Of a DNA stretch of 64,000 nt, positions 11,957 to 23,089 are shown in pieces. This DNA is from Fonticula alba ATCC 38817 (taxonomy: Eukaryota; Protista; Nucleariida). The translations under genes were made by a program, and so were the position numbers. Positions within the stretch are counted from its first letter, which is position 1, and each line of letters begins with the position of its first letter. Under the pieces are notes generated by a model that had not been told where the DNA came from, did no database searches, and worked only from the letters and a program-made list of their open reading frames with translations. The stretch lies in assembly GCA_000388065.2 (NCBI GenBank), contig KB932210.1. One strand, given 5' to 3'.

Positions 11957-13340
11957 ATGCTTCCCGTGGCCGGCCCCGGCCCGGGCCCGGGCCCGGCGCG
12001 GCTGGCCGCCCTGGTCATCCTGTGCGGCATCCTGCTCGCCACGGCGGGAATCTGCGCCATCCCCTCCCAGCAGCCCCTCTATGCCATGATCACCGACGAC
12101 CCGCTGCCCGGAGCCGGGTACATGGTCCCCGGCGAGGGTGCCGCGTCGGTGGCCCTGTACCCGGGGCCCGGCCAGCAGCCGGACCAGGTGCTGGTGTACG
12201 GCCAGCGGGACCCCTCGCGGCCGGGGGTCTTCCCGGACTGGCGCGTCGGGTCGCTGTTCCACCAGCCGCCCGGGGAGCCGCGCTTTCGCCTCGGCGGCGC
12301 GGTGCCCGGGCCGGTGTCCGGGCGGGTGATTCTGCCCACCGCCACGGGGGCCGCCCTGCCGGGCTTCGTGCTGACCGTCGAGCAGGAGCTCCTGTGGTTC
12401 CCGACGGAGGGCGGCCAGCCGGCCGGCTGTCACCTGGCCGGGCCCTTTGCCCTGCTGGCCGGCGTGGCCCACACGGCCGACGACCTGGATGTCCTGGTCC
12501 GGTCTGCCGACGAGCTGGCCGTGGCCTTCCTCCAGGATGGCCGGTGCACCATGGACCGGCTTGCGCTGCCGGCCATGTGGGCCTCGGTGCCGGCCACGCC
12601 GGTGGCCGGCCTCCCGCGCGGGCAATTCATCCTCTTCCACGACCGGGAAATGCTTGCCTACGCCTCGGTGGCCGGGCGCCTGGAGTACGCCGGCCGGCGG
12701 ACCGAGGGCGCGGCCATCCGCCAAGCGCTGGCCACGCGCCTGGGCCCGGGGCTGCCCGGGCACTTTGACATGGCCATCCTGCTGGACACCCAGCAGGTGC
12801 ATTTGCTCCAGGACTGCCAGGTCCTCGCGGAGAGCTGGCTCTGCAAGCGGGACCGCATGGTGAGCCCGGCGCCGGACATGCCGGCCGAGGGCCGGCTCCT
12901 GGCGCCGGACTTCCGCACCCAGCCGGCCGGCGATCCGGCCGTGGTCTTCTATGTGCCCCCTCCGATGACGTCCCGGGTGCATGTCTGGCGTTTGGCCACC
13001 GACGAGACTCCCGTCCAGTGGGCGGCCTTTCGGCTGCCGCCCATCGCGCGTGGGCTAGTGCTGGACTTGCGCCGGATGGCCCTGGCCCCGGGGATGCGGC
13101 GGTATGCCCTCGGCGCCGCGGGCGTGCTTCTGCTCGGGGCCACGGACTTCCTCTGCGACACCGATGAGTCGATCACCTGCCTGCCGGTCATTCCCTTTCC
13201 GTTCAACTTTGATCACTCTCAAGTTGGCTGGGCGTGTGCTGCCGGGCAATTTGAAGCCCCGTTCATGTCCCCCGGGCGCCTGTGCCACGGCTGTGCCGAT
13301 GGTCATTCGGTTCTCTGGTCGGCGTCCACCACGGATAGTT
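11957..13340 (+). CDS. Receptor kinase paralogue C, exon 1 (signal peptide + domain 1)
   Basis: Signal ARLAALVILCGILLATAGICA; Cys cap FLCDTDESITC...GWACAAG...LCHGCADG; GTATGT donor at 13341 in phase 1, as in every paralogue. Confidence 0.88.
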
Positions 13341-13410
13341 GTATGTCTTTCCTGCCCTTCGCTGTCCGGCCGGTCGGCCGCCCCGTGGTGTATCCTGCCC
13401 TTGCCCCTTG

Positions 13411-13411
<1 letters not shown>

Positions 13412-13447
<36 letters not shown>

Positions 13448-13518
13448 CTCTCAGTTTCTCTCAGTTTCTCTCTTTCTCAGTTTCTCTCTTTCTCAGTTTC
13501 TCTCTTTCTCAGTTTCTC
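13412..13518. repeat. (CT)n plus CTCAGTTT(CT) compound microsatellite in intron 1 of C
   Basis: ctctctct... followed by repeated ctcagtttct / ctctttctcagttt units. Confidence 0.9.
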
Positions 13519-14545
13519 CCCCTCCCCCCCCCCTTGCCCTCCAATGCCTCATGCACTAATGGCTTGGATCCNNNNNNNNNNGGGGGGGGGGGGGGAAGAC
13601 GGCGTGCGGACGGACGGACGAAGGAGGGGAGCATGGAGGCCGGTCCCTGTGGTCGAGTCCGCGGCGGGGGCATTTCTCTCCGCCGGGCCGTGTCGGCAGA
13701 TCATCCCCCCTCCCCTCTGGCAGGCCTGTCGGGGGCTGCGACGAGTGGGCACCCACACGCGGGAGTTGGGCGCTCGCCATGGGTTGGCACTTGGCCGAGG
13801 TATCATTAGCCGAGGGGTTGCACGATGTTGTGGCCCCGGCCTCGGGCGTGGCGGGGCGCTGGGGCGCCGGGGGCGGCACCGCACGACGCCCGCCACGGGG
13901 GAGACCGGGCGCGCGCCCCCCCCCGCCCCCCCCCCCTGGGGGCCGGGCCGGCCAGGTTGATGCCTGGGCTCCCGGCAGGGGCACCGCAGATGTCTGTCAC
14001 ATCGCTGGACGTACACGCACGCGCGCGCACACACATTCACACCCCCGAGAGGGGAGGGGGGGGGGGCGCACGCGGGGGAGGGGCCCGTTATGTGCAGCCG
14101 GCGCCGGGGAGCGCATGTGCACGCGCTGGCCCTGGCCCGGGCCGGGAATGCGCGCTCCGTCCCCCCCCCCCCCCCCCCCCGGGCAAGGCGCCCGCCGGGG
14201 TGCCGAGAAATGCGCCGATCGGGCGAAAGGTACCCTTCTCGTGGGCCAGTCCGGGCGGGGGGGGCCGGGGGCGCGCGGCGGGACCTCGTCGTCTCGCCCG
14301 GGGCCCCGTCCTGTGGGATGTTGTCGCACGGCGAGGGGCCCGCCCCGGCGCCGTGTGGTTGGTGCCGGCCCCGGGCCTCGGGGTTGCCCGCGCATTCCGT
14401 TTGGGTAGATGGGCCGCCGGTGCCCGCCGCCCAGGCAGCCGGCGCGCCCGCGCGCCCGCGACGGGTGGCCCCTCGTCACTTGCCTGCACATGCGTCCTGA
14501 GGCTCGACAGACGGTGGACGGGCCTCCCCGCGGATGGCCTTCGCT

Positions 14546-14718
14546 CTGCCTCTCTCTCCCACGCTCTCTCCCACGCTCTCTGGCCCTCTCCGCCTCTCTC
14601 CGCCTCTTTTTGTCTCTCTCTCTCTCACGCTCTCTCCCACGTTCTCTGTCTCTCTTTCTCGTTCTCGCTCTGACTCTCTCGCTCTGACTCTCTCGCTCTC
14701 ACTCTCTCTGATCCCCTG

Positions 14719-14758
<40 letters not shown>

Positions 14759-14768
14759 GCACGCGCGC
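14546..14768. repeat. CT-rich low-complexity tract followed by (CA)n
   Basis: ctctctcccacg x2, ctctcg/ctctga units, then ~18 CA dinucleotides. Confidence 0.9.
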
Positions 14769-15842
14769 GCCTCTGGTCGGCACCATTGGCGGCCGCGGGC
14801 ACGGGCATGCCTGGCTGGCCTCCCCCTCCCGCTCCAGCACCACCGGCCCCGGCGCAACGGATGCCCGGCCCGAGGCACGACGACCGGCCCGGGCACCCGG
14901 TGGGCCGGCGTCGCGTCCGCTGGGCCTCGGCCCTCGCAGGACGCCGCACAGCCAGCCCCCCCGCCGCAAGGACGGCCCCTCCCCCTCCGGCCGATGCCGA
15001 CAAGCGCCCATGCGCCCCCGGGCCACCGGGAATGGAAGGCAACCGGCGCCGTGCCGGCGGCCATGCCCACGACGGCGGCCCGCCGGGTGCGGGCCCGGCA
15101 CCATGACCCGCGGCACCCGGACACCGGCGAGGTGGCCCGGCGGGTGCTCTTTCCCCGGGTCGAAGGGGCGCCGGCCGACCTTGCCCCGCGCCAGCACCCA
15201 GGACCCGGCGCCGGTGTGGGCGCCGGCGGCCGTGCATCCGGCGGGGGGGGGGGGGGGGGGGGCGCATGCCGGGCCACGCCCGGGCAGCGACATTGGGCCA
15301 GGTCACCACCCAGCCGAGGCCGAGATCAGGGCCCTTGGCGCGTGCCGGTGCCTGGCGGACATGCGGCGCCTGGCCTCGCCCCTCCCGGGGGTCGGATGGC
15401 CGAGCCCACTGCGCGCCGGCACCGGGCCCGGGACCGAGCCGGGCCGCACACGCGTGCCCCGGGTCCCACATTCGTGGCTCCGGCCCGGGCCCGCATCCGC
15501 CACGGCCCGGCGGGGGAGCCCGCTCCCGGAGCCACCTCCCCGGCGCCGGGCCGGAGCCACCTCCCGGCGCCTGCCCCTCACGAGCACCACACCCGGCTCC
15601 GACGGCGACTGGGCCCGTGCCGCGCCACAGCAGCACACTTGGCCGACCGCCCCCCGCCTCCCCGGCCACAACGCCACACCCGGCCGGGCCCGAGGGGTCT
15701 GGCGTGCATGCGCGCTGTCGGTCCCGCACCAGGGCCTTCCGAAGTCGCGGGGCCGGACCCCGGCGCAGATCCGCCCGCGACATGTGCCGGCCCTTGCCGG
15801 GCACGCCCCCTCGGGCACCGGGCCTGCCGGAGGGCCACACCT

Positions 15843-16828
15843 CCCCCCCCCCCCCCCCCCGGGGGGGGGGACCACTGGGCGTGCTGCATGGCGCAATGTG
15901 ACGCCGGCCACCGTGCCAGGGCAATGTTCTGGCGCCGGGTCTCGCCTGTGGCCCGCCCTGCGGCGGGGCCTGTGACGCCCCATTGGCGCCTGGGCCCCTG
16001 CCCTCCAGCGTGCCGCCGGTCGGCCGGCTCCCGGTGGCCGCGTGCCTGCGCGGCACACTGGCGCCCCCGCGCCTCGCCCCCCCCCCTCTTGGCGCGGCCG
16101 GCTCTTCGTCGGGACATCGCTCATCGGCCCAGAGCACGGCTCTGGCACACCTGCCCGCGCGCCGGTGTGTCCCACTGCTCGGCCGGCCGGGCGCATGCCC
16201 GTGCCGATACAAGCGCCCGCCTGACACCTCCCGGCGCCAAGGGTCCTGATCTCGCCCTCGGCCGTGACAAGATCGCCCGAGCATCTGCTGCCTGGCCAGG
16301 GGGGGGGCCAGCGCGCAGCCAACCGGCAGGCGGCTGTCCCAGGCCCCGGGCGCAGGGCCGCCGCCGGCGGAGCCGGGAGCCCTGCCGCCGGCGCCCCGGC
16401 GACATCCCCCACAAGGGTAGCATGGCCGTGGCATGGCCACCGGGCTGCCGGTACTGCCCCCCCCTCCCCCCCAGCCAGCACGGCAGGCTGTCGCGGGCCG
16501 ATGCCTCGCGGCCTGGGGCCGTGGGACATCGCGCCGCGGCTCGACCCCCGGCGCGCTGAGCCCCCCCCCCCCCTATGGGCGGCGAGCAGCCCGTCGCCGC
16601 CGGCCGCTTCCGACGGTGGCCGCCGCTCTGAAACGCGGCTGCTCACCTCGGCCGAGCTCCCGCACCCGGCGATTGGCCGGCATCAAGACGCCCGCTCCCC
16701 CGGGGGGAGGGCCCGGGCGCGGCAAAAAAGGTATGTCCGAACCAGGACTCGAACCTGGGACATTCTGTGTGTTAGACAGATATGATAACCATCTACATCA
16801 TTCGGACGCGGCGGATGGGACCCGGCCG
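15843..16828. repeat. 986-bp duplicate of 8885-9870 (copy 2), ending at an N-gap; probable contig overlap
   Basis: Same sequence as copy 1, including homopolymer lengths; abuts the gap at 16829-16838. Confidence 0.95.
16734..16807 (-). tRNA. tRNA-Val-AAC: tRNA-Val (AAC), copy 2 (inside the exact duplicate; may be the same locus as copy 1)
   Basis: Identical 74-nt sequence to 9776-9849. Confidence 0.8.
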
Positions 16829-16855
16829 NNNNNNNNNNCCCCCCCGATGGCCCAG

Positions 16856-19800
16856 TCTCTTGCTCACCAAGCCCCATGGAGCGATGCCTCGCGTTGCAGC
16901 GCGGCCGTGGCGAGTGCGCCCTCTGCACCCCGGGGCTCATGCTTCAGGAGGGCCCGGTGGCGCACGGCGAGCCGGCCGCCTGCACCATGGTCTGCCCCTC
17001 CCAGAGCCAGATCAATGGCGGCATCTGCGAGCTGGGCCCGCTGGACTGGGGCATCCGCCCGCCGGGCCACCTGCGCCTTGCCCAGGGCGGGGACTTCTCC
17101 CTGGGGCCTCCGCGGCTCCTGGCCCGGTCGCTGCTCAGGCCGATGGCCTCCCTCGAGCGGTGGGCCCTGGCCGAGGCCCTGCCCCCGGAGGAGCACTCCC
17201 ATGTGGTGCTGGCCCTGGGCCCGGGCATGGCCGCCCCGCGACTGCTGGACATGGCGGCGTCCCTGGCGCCTGTTGGCACGCCGGACAGCCGGGTCCCCCC
17301 GGTGCTGGGCACCGCCGTGGCCTACGCCGAGCTCGGGCCGCTGCATTCGCCGGGACCACCCGAGCGTGTGGCCCTGGTGCAGGTGTTCTGCCACGGCCCC
17401 GGGCGGCTGGGCTTCATCACGGCCACCATCCCCCGGCAGGCCGGCCCGGCGGATGTGGCCCCCGTGGACTTTGGCCCGGTGCAGGATGTGCCGCTGCATG
17501 GGGCCCGGTGTGTGGGCCTCCGGCGCCTGTCGGCCCGGGCCCTCAGCATGCTGCTGGTGCCGGAGGCCGGGGAAGGAGACCCGGCCCCCGGGGGCCCGGG
17601 CGGCCAGCCCTCTCGCGCGGCCCTGGTCATGCTGTCCCCCGGGGACGACCGCATGCCGGATGGGCTGACGGTCATCCTCCCGCCCATGGGCCACACAGGC
17701 CCCGGGCACCTGGCCACCTTCCCGTCCTTCATGGACCCCCGCCCGGAGGGGCCCGCATGGTGGTACCTCTTCGGCGGCCAGGGCAGCGCCCCTGCCGCCG
17801 GGGGTTTTGGCACCGCCCTGCCGGCCGGGGTGCTGGAGGCCGAGGACCCACAGGCCCGGCGGGCGTCCGGCCATGCGGTCGTCTGGCAGGCGGGGATGCT
17901 GAGCTCCTTCTCCCCCCTGCTGGTGCCGATGGCCCTCGACACGCATGCAGCCTCGCGGCATCCGGCCGAGCTGCTGTTCACTTGGGTGTACCAGGAGGCC
18001 TGGTGGGCGATCCATGTGCCGGGAGCCGGGTCGCTGCAGGGCCGCTCCCGGAACATGGGCTCGCGCGGGGTCCAGCGCCTGGGGGCCTGGCGCGGGCTGT
18101 CGGCCGGCCCCGGGGTCGGGCTCTTCCCCCTGCCGGCCCTCGGCCTGCCGACGTACCCCAGCGGCCTGCTGCTGGTCAGCGAGGTCGGGCTGCTGGGGCT
18201 GGCCCTGCTCCGGTGCCCGGGCGACGGCACCCACGAGTGCACCCTGCGGCCGGCCACCTGGCACAAGCTGTCCGGGCCGCTGGCCCCCGGGCAGGCGGCC
18301 CTGGTGTCGGTGCTGCGGCTGCCCCCCCAGGCAGACCCGGGGGAGGCCATCCTCCTGGTGGGCCTCGGCCCGGACCGGGCCCCCATGTTCCTGAGCATCC
18401 ACGATGGCGCCTGCCCGGGCGGCACCTTCGGCCCGGCGTGCGAGCCCTGCGACCACCTTTGCGCCACCTGCCACGGGCCCCGGCCGGAGGACTGCCTCAC
18501 CTGCCGGCTCTCCTCCCCGGCCCCGGGGGACGGCTGCCTGGACACGTGCGCCGACGGGCTGTTCCCCCCGGCCACCAGCCCCTTCATCGGCCAGTGCCTT
18601 TGCCACCCGCACTGCCAGACCTGCGCCCGGGCCCCGGCGAGCCTGGGCGGCGGCTATATGTGCACCTCCTGCCCCGCGGGCATGGTCCTCTCCTCGCAGA
18701 ACGGCGGGGGCGGCGGGGGCGGGGGCGGGGGCGGGGGCGGCGGCGGCGGCCAGCCGATCCCCGAGTGGGGCCACTGTCTGCCCTGCGCCCCGGCGTGCGC
18801 CGAGTGCGCCTTCCCCGACGACCCGGCCGCCTGCACGGCTTGCCCGGCCGGGAAGTTCCTGTACCTGGGCGCCTGCCTTGATGCTTGTCCGCTGGGGATG
18901 TACCCGGACCCGGGCCGTGCGTGCGCCCCGTGCCCGGCTGGGTGCGACGTCTGCTCGATGGAGCATGACTGCGAGGTTTGTGCCGACGACTTCACCCGCG
19001 GCACCGATGGCCTGTGTCACCGGTGCGACGTCTCCTGCAACGGGTGCCTCAGTAGCACGGCCTGTTTGGCGTGTCGCCCGGGCCTGGTGTTCCTGGACCC
19101 CCAGGCGCCCTCGCTGTGCGGCAGCACCTGCGCCCCGGGCGAGTATGCCGGCGCGGGCCGATGTGCCGCGTGTGATGGGTCTTGTGCCCTGTGCGACCAG
19201 GCGGCCGACCGGTGCCAGGTGTGTGCGGCCGGCTTCCGCTGGGCCGCGGGCCCGCCGGCGGCCGGCGCNNNNNNNNNNNNNNNNNNNNNNNNNNNNNNNN
19301 NNNNNNNNNNNNNNNNNNNNNNNNNNNNNNNNNNNNNNNNNNNNNNNNNNNNNNNNNNNNNNNNNNNNNNNNNNNNNNNNNNNNNNNNNNNNNNNNNNNN
19401 NNNNNNNNNNNNNNNNNNNNNNNNNNNNNNNNNNNNNNNNNNNNNNNNNNNNNNNNNNNNNNNNNNNNNNNNNNNNNNNNNNNNNNNNNNNNNNNNNNNN
19501 NNNNNNNNNNNNNNNNNNNNNNNNNNNNNNNNNNNNNNNNNNNNNNNNNNNNNNNNNNNNNNNNNNNNNNNNNNNNNNNNNNNNNNNNNNNNNNNNNNNN
19601 NNNNNNNNNNNNNNNNNNNNNNNNNNNNNNNNNNNNNNNNNNNNNNNNNNNNNNNNNNNNNNNNNNNNNNNNNNNNNNNNNNNNNNNNNNNNNNNNNNNN
19701 NNNNNNNNNNNNNNNNNNNNNNNNNNNNNNNNNNNNNNNNNNNNNNNNNNNNNNNNNNNNNNNNNNNNNNNNNNNNNNNNNNNNNNNNNNNNNNNNNNNN

Positions 19801-22512
19801 NNNNNNNNNNNNNNNNNNNNNNNNNNNNNNNNNNNNNNNNNNNNNNNNNNNNNNNNNNNNNNNNNNNNNNNNNNNNNNNNNNNNNNNNNNNNNNNNNNNN
19901 NNNNNNNNNNNNNNNNNNNNNNNNNNNNNNNNNNNNNNNNNNNNNNNNNNNNNNNNNNNNNNNNNNNNNNNNNNNNNNNNNNNNNNNNNNNNNNNNNNNN
20001 NNNNNNNNNNNNNNNNNNNNNNNNNNNNNNNNNNNNNNNNNNNNNNNNNNNNNNNNNNNNNNNNNNNNNNNNNNNNNNNNNNNNNNNNNNNNNNNNNNNN
20101 NNNNNNNNTGCCGCCAGTGCGCGGCGCACTGCTCCAGCTGCCCCGGGTCGCCGGACACCTGCGCCCTGTGCGAGCGCGGGTGGCTGCTGGCCGGCCCGGC
20201 CTGCGTGAGCTCCTGCCCGGCGGGGTCCCTGGCCACGGGCGGGGTGTGCACCACCTGCCACCCCTCCTGCGGCACATGCTACGGCTTCGAGCCGGGACAC
20301 TGCCTGACGTGCGGTGCGGACGCCCCGCTCCTGGTGGACGGCCACTGCCTGGCCGCCTGCCCGGCCGGCACCTTCCAGAGCGAGCAGGCCTGCCAGCCAT
20401 GCAGCTCGACCTGTGAGACATGCACGGATTCCGGCCCCGGCGACTGCACCGCCTGCCCGGGGGACCGGGCTCTCATGGCCGGGCTCTGCGTGCTTACCTG
20501 CCCGACTGACCACTACATGGCCGACGGGCCGGCCGCCGGGCGCGAGTGTCTGCCCTGCGATGGCTCGTGCGCCGGGTGCACCGGGCCCGGGGCCGATCAG
20601 TGCACGGCCTGCGCCGGCGCCGGCCGGCTGCACATGGGCACGTGCGTGGGTGTCTGCCCGGCCGGCACCTTCGGCTGCGGGGTCACGACGCAGTGCGAGC
20701 CCTGCGCCGAGCGCTGTGCCGAGTGCATGGTGCTCGTCGACACGCCCGACCTCGGGTGCACATCCTCGTGCCGGGCGTGCGAGGGCGGCTTCGTCCTGTC
20801 GTCCTCGACCGGGCAGTGCGATGCGGCCTGCGCGGCGGGGGAGTATGCGGCCGACGGGCACATCTGCGCCCCATGCGGCCCCCCCTGCCGGGCATGCTTC
20901 GGCGCGGCCGAGCACTGCACCTCGTGCGCGGACCCGGATGCCTGGCTGCATGCGGGCGATGGGATGTGCCTGAGCGCCTGTCCGGCTGGCGGGCTGGCCG
21001 CGGTCGAGTTCCCGGCCGCGGCGCCCCCCCTGCCAGGGCGGGTCTGCCTCGCTTGTCCGGCCGGCTGCGAGCGGTGCGCCGCCGGGCCAGGCACCCCGGC
21101 GTGTGCCTTCGGCCCGGACGGAGAGCTGTCCTGCCCGGTGGCCGACGTGTGCCTCGAGTGCGAGGCCGGCCTGCTGGTGCTGGGGGGTGCGTGTGTGGCC
21201 AGCTGCCCGGATGGGACATTCGCGGATCGCGACGCGCCGGCGCCGGCCTGCGCGCCCTGCCACGCCGGGTGCGACAGATGCACCGGGCCCGGGGAGGCGG
21301 ACTGCACCGACGCAGCCAAGGGCCCAAGCGGACGGGGCCTTGCCCTGGCCCTGGGGCTTGGGCTTGGGCTGGGCATCCTGCTGCTGCTCCTGCTGGTCCT
21401 CTTGGCGCTATTCCTCCTGCGCCGGCGCCCCCGCCGGCCCGGGTCCAAGTCGCATCCGGCCGACGAGGATTGCACGATCCTCAACACCATGCTGGAGCTG
21501 TCCCTGCCGGGGACCATCCTGGTGAATGTCAGCACGGACTTCCACCGGCTGGACGGGGCCCTGGGCAGTGGGTCCCAGGCGTCGGTCTACGCGGCGCAGG
21601 CCATCGGGGCCGGCATTGCGGCCCGGCTGGGCTGCCCGGAGGTGGTGGCCATCAAGTCGCCGACCGCCGAGACCATGCTGCCGGTGCACTATGCCATGTT
21701 CCAGAACGAGGTGGCGCTGATGTGGCTGCTGCGCGACGCGCCGAATGTCGTCCGGCTGTACGGCTACAGCGACCAGCCGCCGGCCATCGTCATGGAGCGC
21801 TTCGACACGGACCTGGCCACGCTGCTGCACTCGGAGGTGCCACTGGCGCCGCACGTCCTGCTGGACATCTGCCAGCAGTGGGCCTCCGGGCTGGAGGCCA
21901 TGCACGCGCAGGGGGTGGCCCACCGGGACCTGAAGCCGGGCAACGTGTTTGCCAGCCAGCGCCCGGACGGCGGCTGGCGCGCGGCCCTCGGCGACCTGGG
22001 CACCTCGCGCAACCTCAGCACCGACCGGTCCTCGGCCCTGGTGGCCGAAGTCCCGGACTTGAATGCCATGACCGTGTGCTATGCCGCGCCGGAGGTGATC
22101 AACGCCTTCCGGCGCGGGATCCTGCTGGAGCAGGACCTTCTCCTGCTGGCGGACATCTACAGCGCGGCCATCATGGCCTGGGAGTGTCTGGCCCGCGCGC
22201 GGCCCTTCGATGGTACGTCCGCCCGGCGGCTCGTCTTCCTCCTGCCCGGGGGCTGCTTCGCCGGCCCTGACATCCGTACCTGCTCGCCTGCCCGTCCGCC
22301 CGCCGTGCGACAAAGGCATGTGCCTGGAGGAGATCCTGGCCGCCGCGTCGGCCGGCACCCGGCCCAACCTGGCCGCCCTCCCCGCTGGACCGGGGCCGCA
22401 GCTCGTGGCCGACCTGCTGCCGGCCTGCTGGAGCCCCATCCCGGCCGGTCGGCCGCCGGCCGCGGCCCTCCGGCAGAAGTGCGCCGCCGCCCTGGCCCTG
22501 CACCATGGCTGA
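16856..22512 (+). CDS. Receptor kinase paralogue C, remainder (furin repeat, domain 2, stalk with gap 19269-20108, TM, kinase; intron 22213-22315)
   Basis: CCAG acceptor at 16855 in phase 1; SCSPSPMERC...CALC; domain-2 motifs (AYAEL, EDP, YPSGLLLV...C...C); TM LALALGLGLGLGILLLLLLVLLALFLL; kinase VAIK/HRDLKPGN/DLG/APE; GTACGT...AAAG intron restores the C-lobe up to TGA 22512. Confidence 0.88.
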
Positions 22513-22613
22513 CGCCCGCGCCGCGTGTCGCCGTGTGCCCTCCCGGCCCTCTCTCCCCGGCCAGTATATACATGAAAAATATACAAGCATATACACGCGC
22601 GCCAAAAAGGGTC

Positions 22614-22687
22614 TGTCCGAACCAGGACTCGAACCTGGGACATTCTGTGTGTTAGACAGATATGATAACCATCTACATCATTCGGAC
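22614..22687 (-). tRNA. tRNA-Val-AAC: tRNA-Val (AAC), copy 3, 101 bp after the stop codon of C, convergent
   Basis: Identical body to copy 1; different 3' trailer (GACCC-TTTTT vs TACC-TTTTTT); upstream flank shared for only ~35-40 nt. Confidence 0.97.
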
Positions 22688-23089
22688 GCGGCGGATGGGA
22701 CCCGGCCGCGCGCGAGGCCCTTTTTACCTGGCGGCCCACCCTGGTGCGCTGCCCGGCCGGCATTCGCTCGGGCTCGTCGCCGGCGCCGCCGGCGCGCCGG
22801 CCAGGCCGGACGCCGATCGCCCGGCACCCCGGCACATGTGGCCCCATCGCAGGAGTGTGGCCGGGCGCGGACCGGACGCCGCGCTCGTCGGACGACAGTC
22901 TGGCCCCGGCCGGGCTGCCGGCACTTTGGCGCCGTCCGTGGCCGCCTCGCACACGGGCCGGGCATGGCCACCGGCCCCCGGGGAAGGGGCCGGCATCGCC
23001 TCCCCCGCCCCCCCTGACGCCGGCGGGCAAAGTACGAGGGCGGTTGGCGCGACGATTCCGTGCGTTGGCACTCTACCGCACGGTCGCCG

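Noticed and set aside
14990-15080. Minus-strand peptide PGGAWALVG resembling PGAWALVG in domain 1 of B (possible relic of the missing K exon 1)
   Set aside because: It is not followed by the Cys cap at the expected spacing in any frame, and there is no signal peptide upstream. A chance match cannot be excluded. A TBLASTN or HMM search with exon-1 peptides would settle it.
14808-15240. Plus-strand coding-like stretches (HDPRHPDTGEVARRVLFPRVEG; RRRVRWAS)
   Set aside because: They are short, have no clear start or splice context and no recognisable family, and are expected in GC-rich DNA.
8885-16828. The 986-bp duplicate as a mobile element or LTR pair
   Set aside because: There are no TG...CA termini, target-site duplication or internal coding region, and each copy abuts a 10-N gap, which favours a contig overlap.
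22714-22735. CCCTTTTTACC resembling U5 snRNA loop I
   Set aside because: It is not the GCCTTTTAC consensus, has no U5 stem or Sm site, and is simply the A-rich upstream flank of tRNA-Val.
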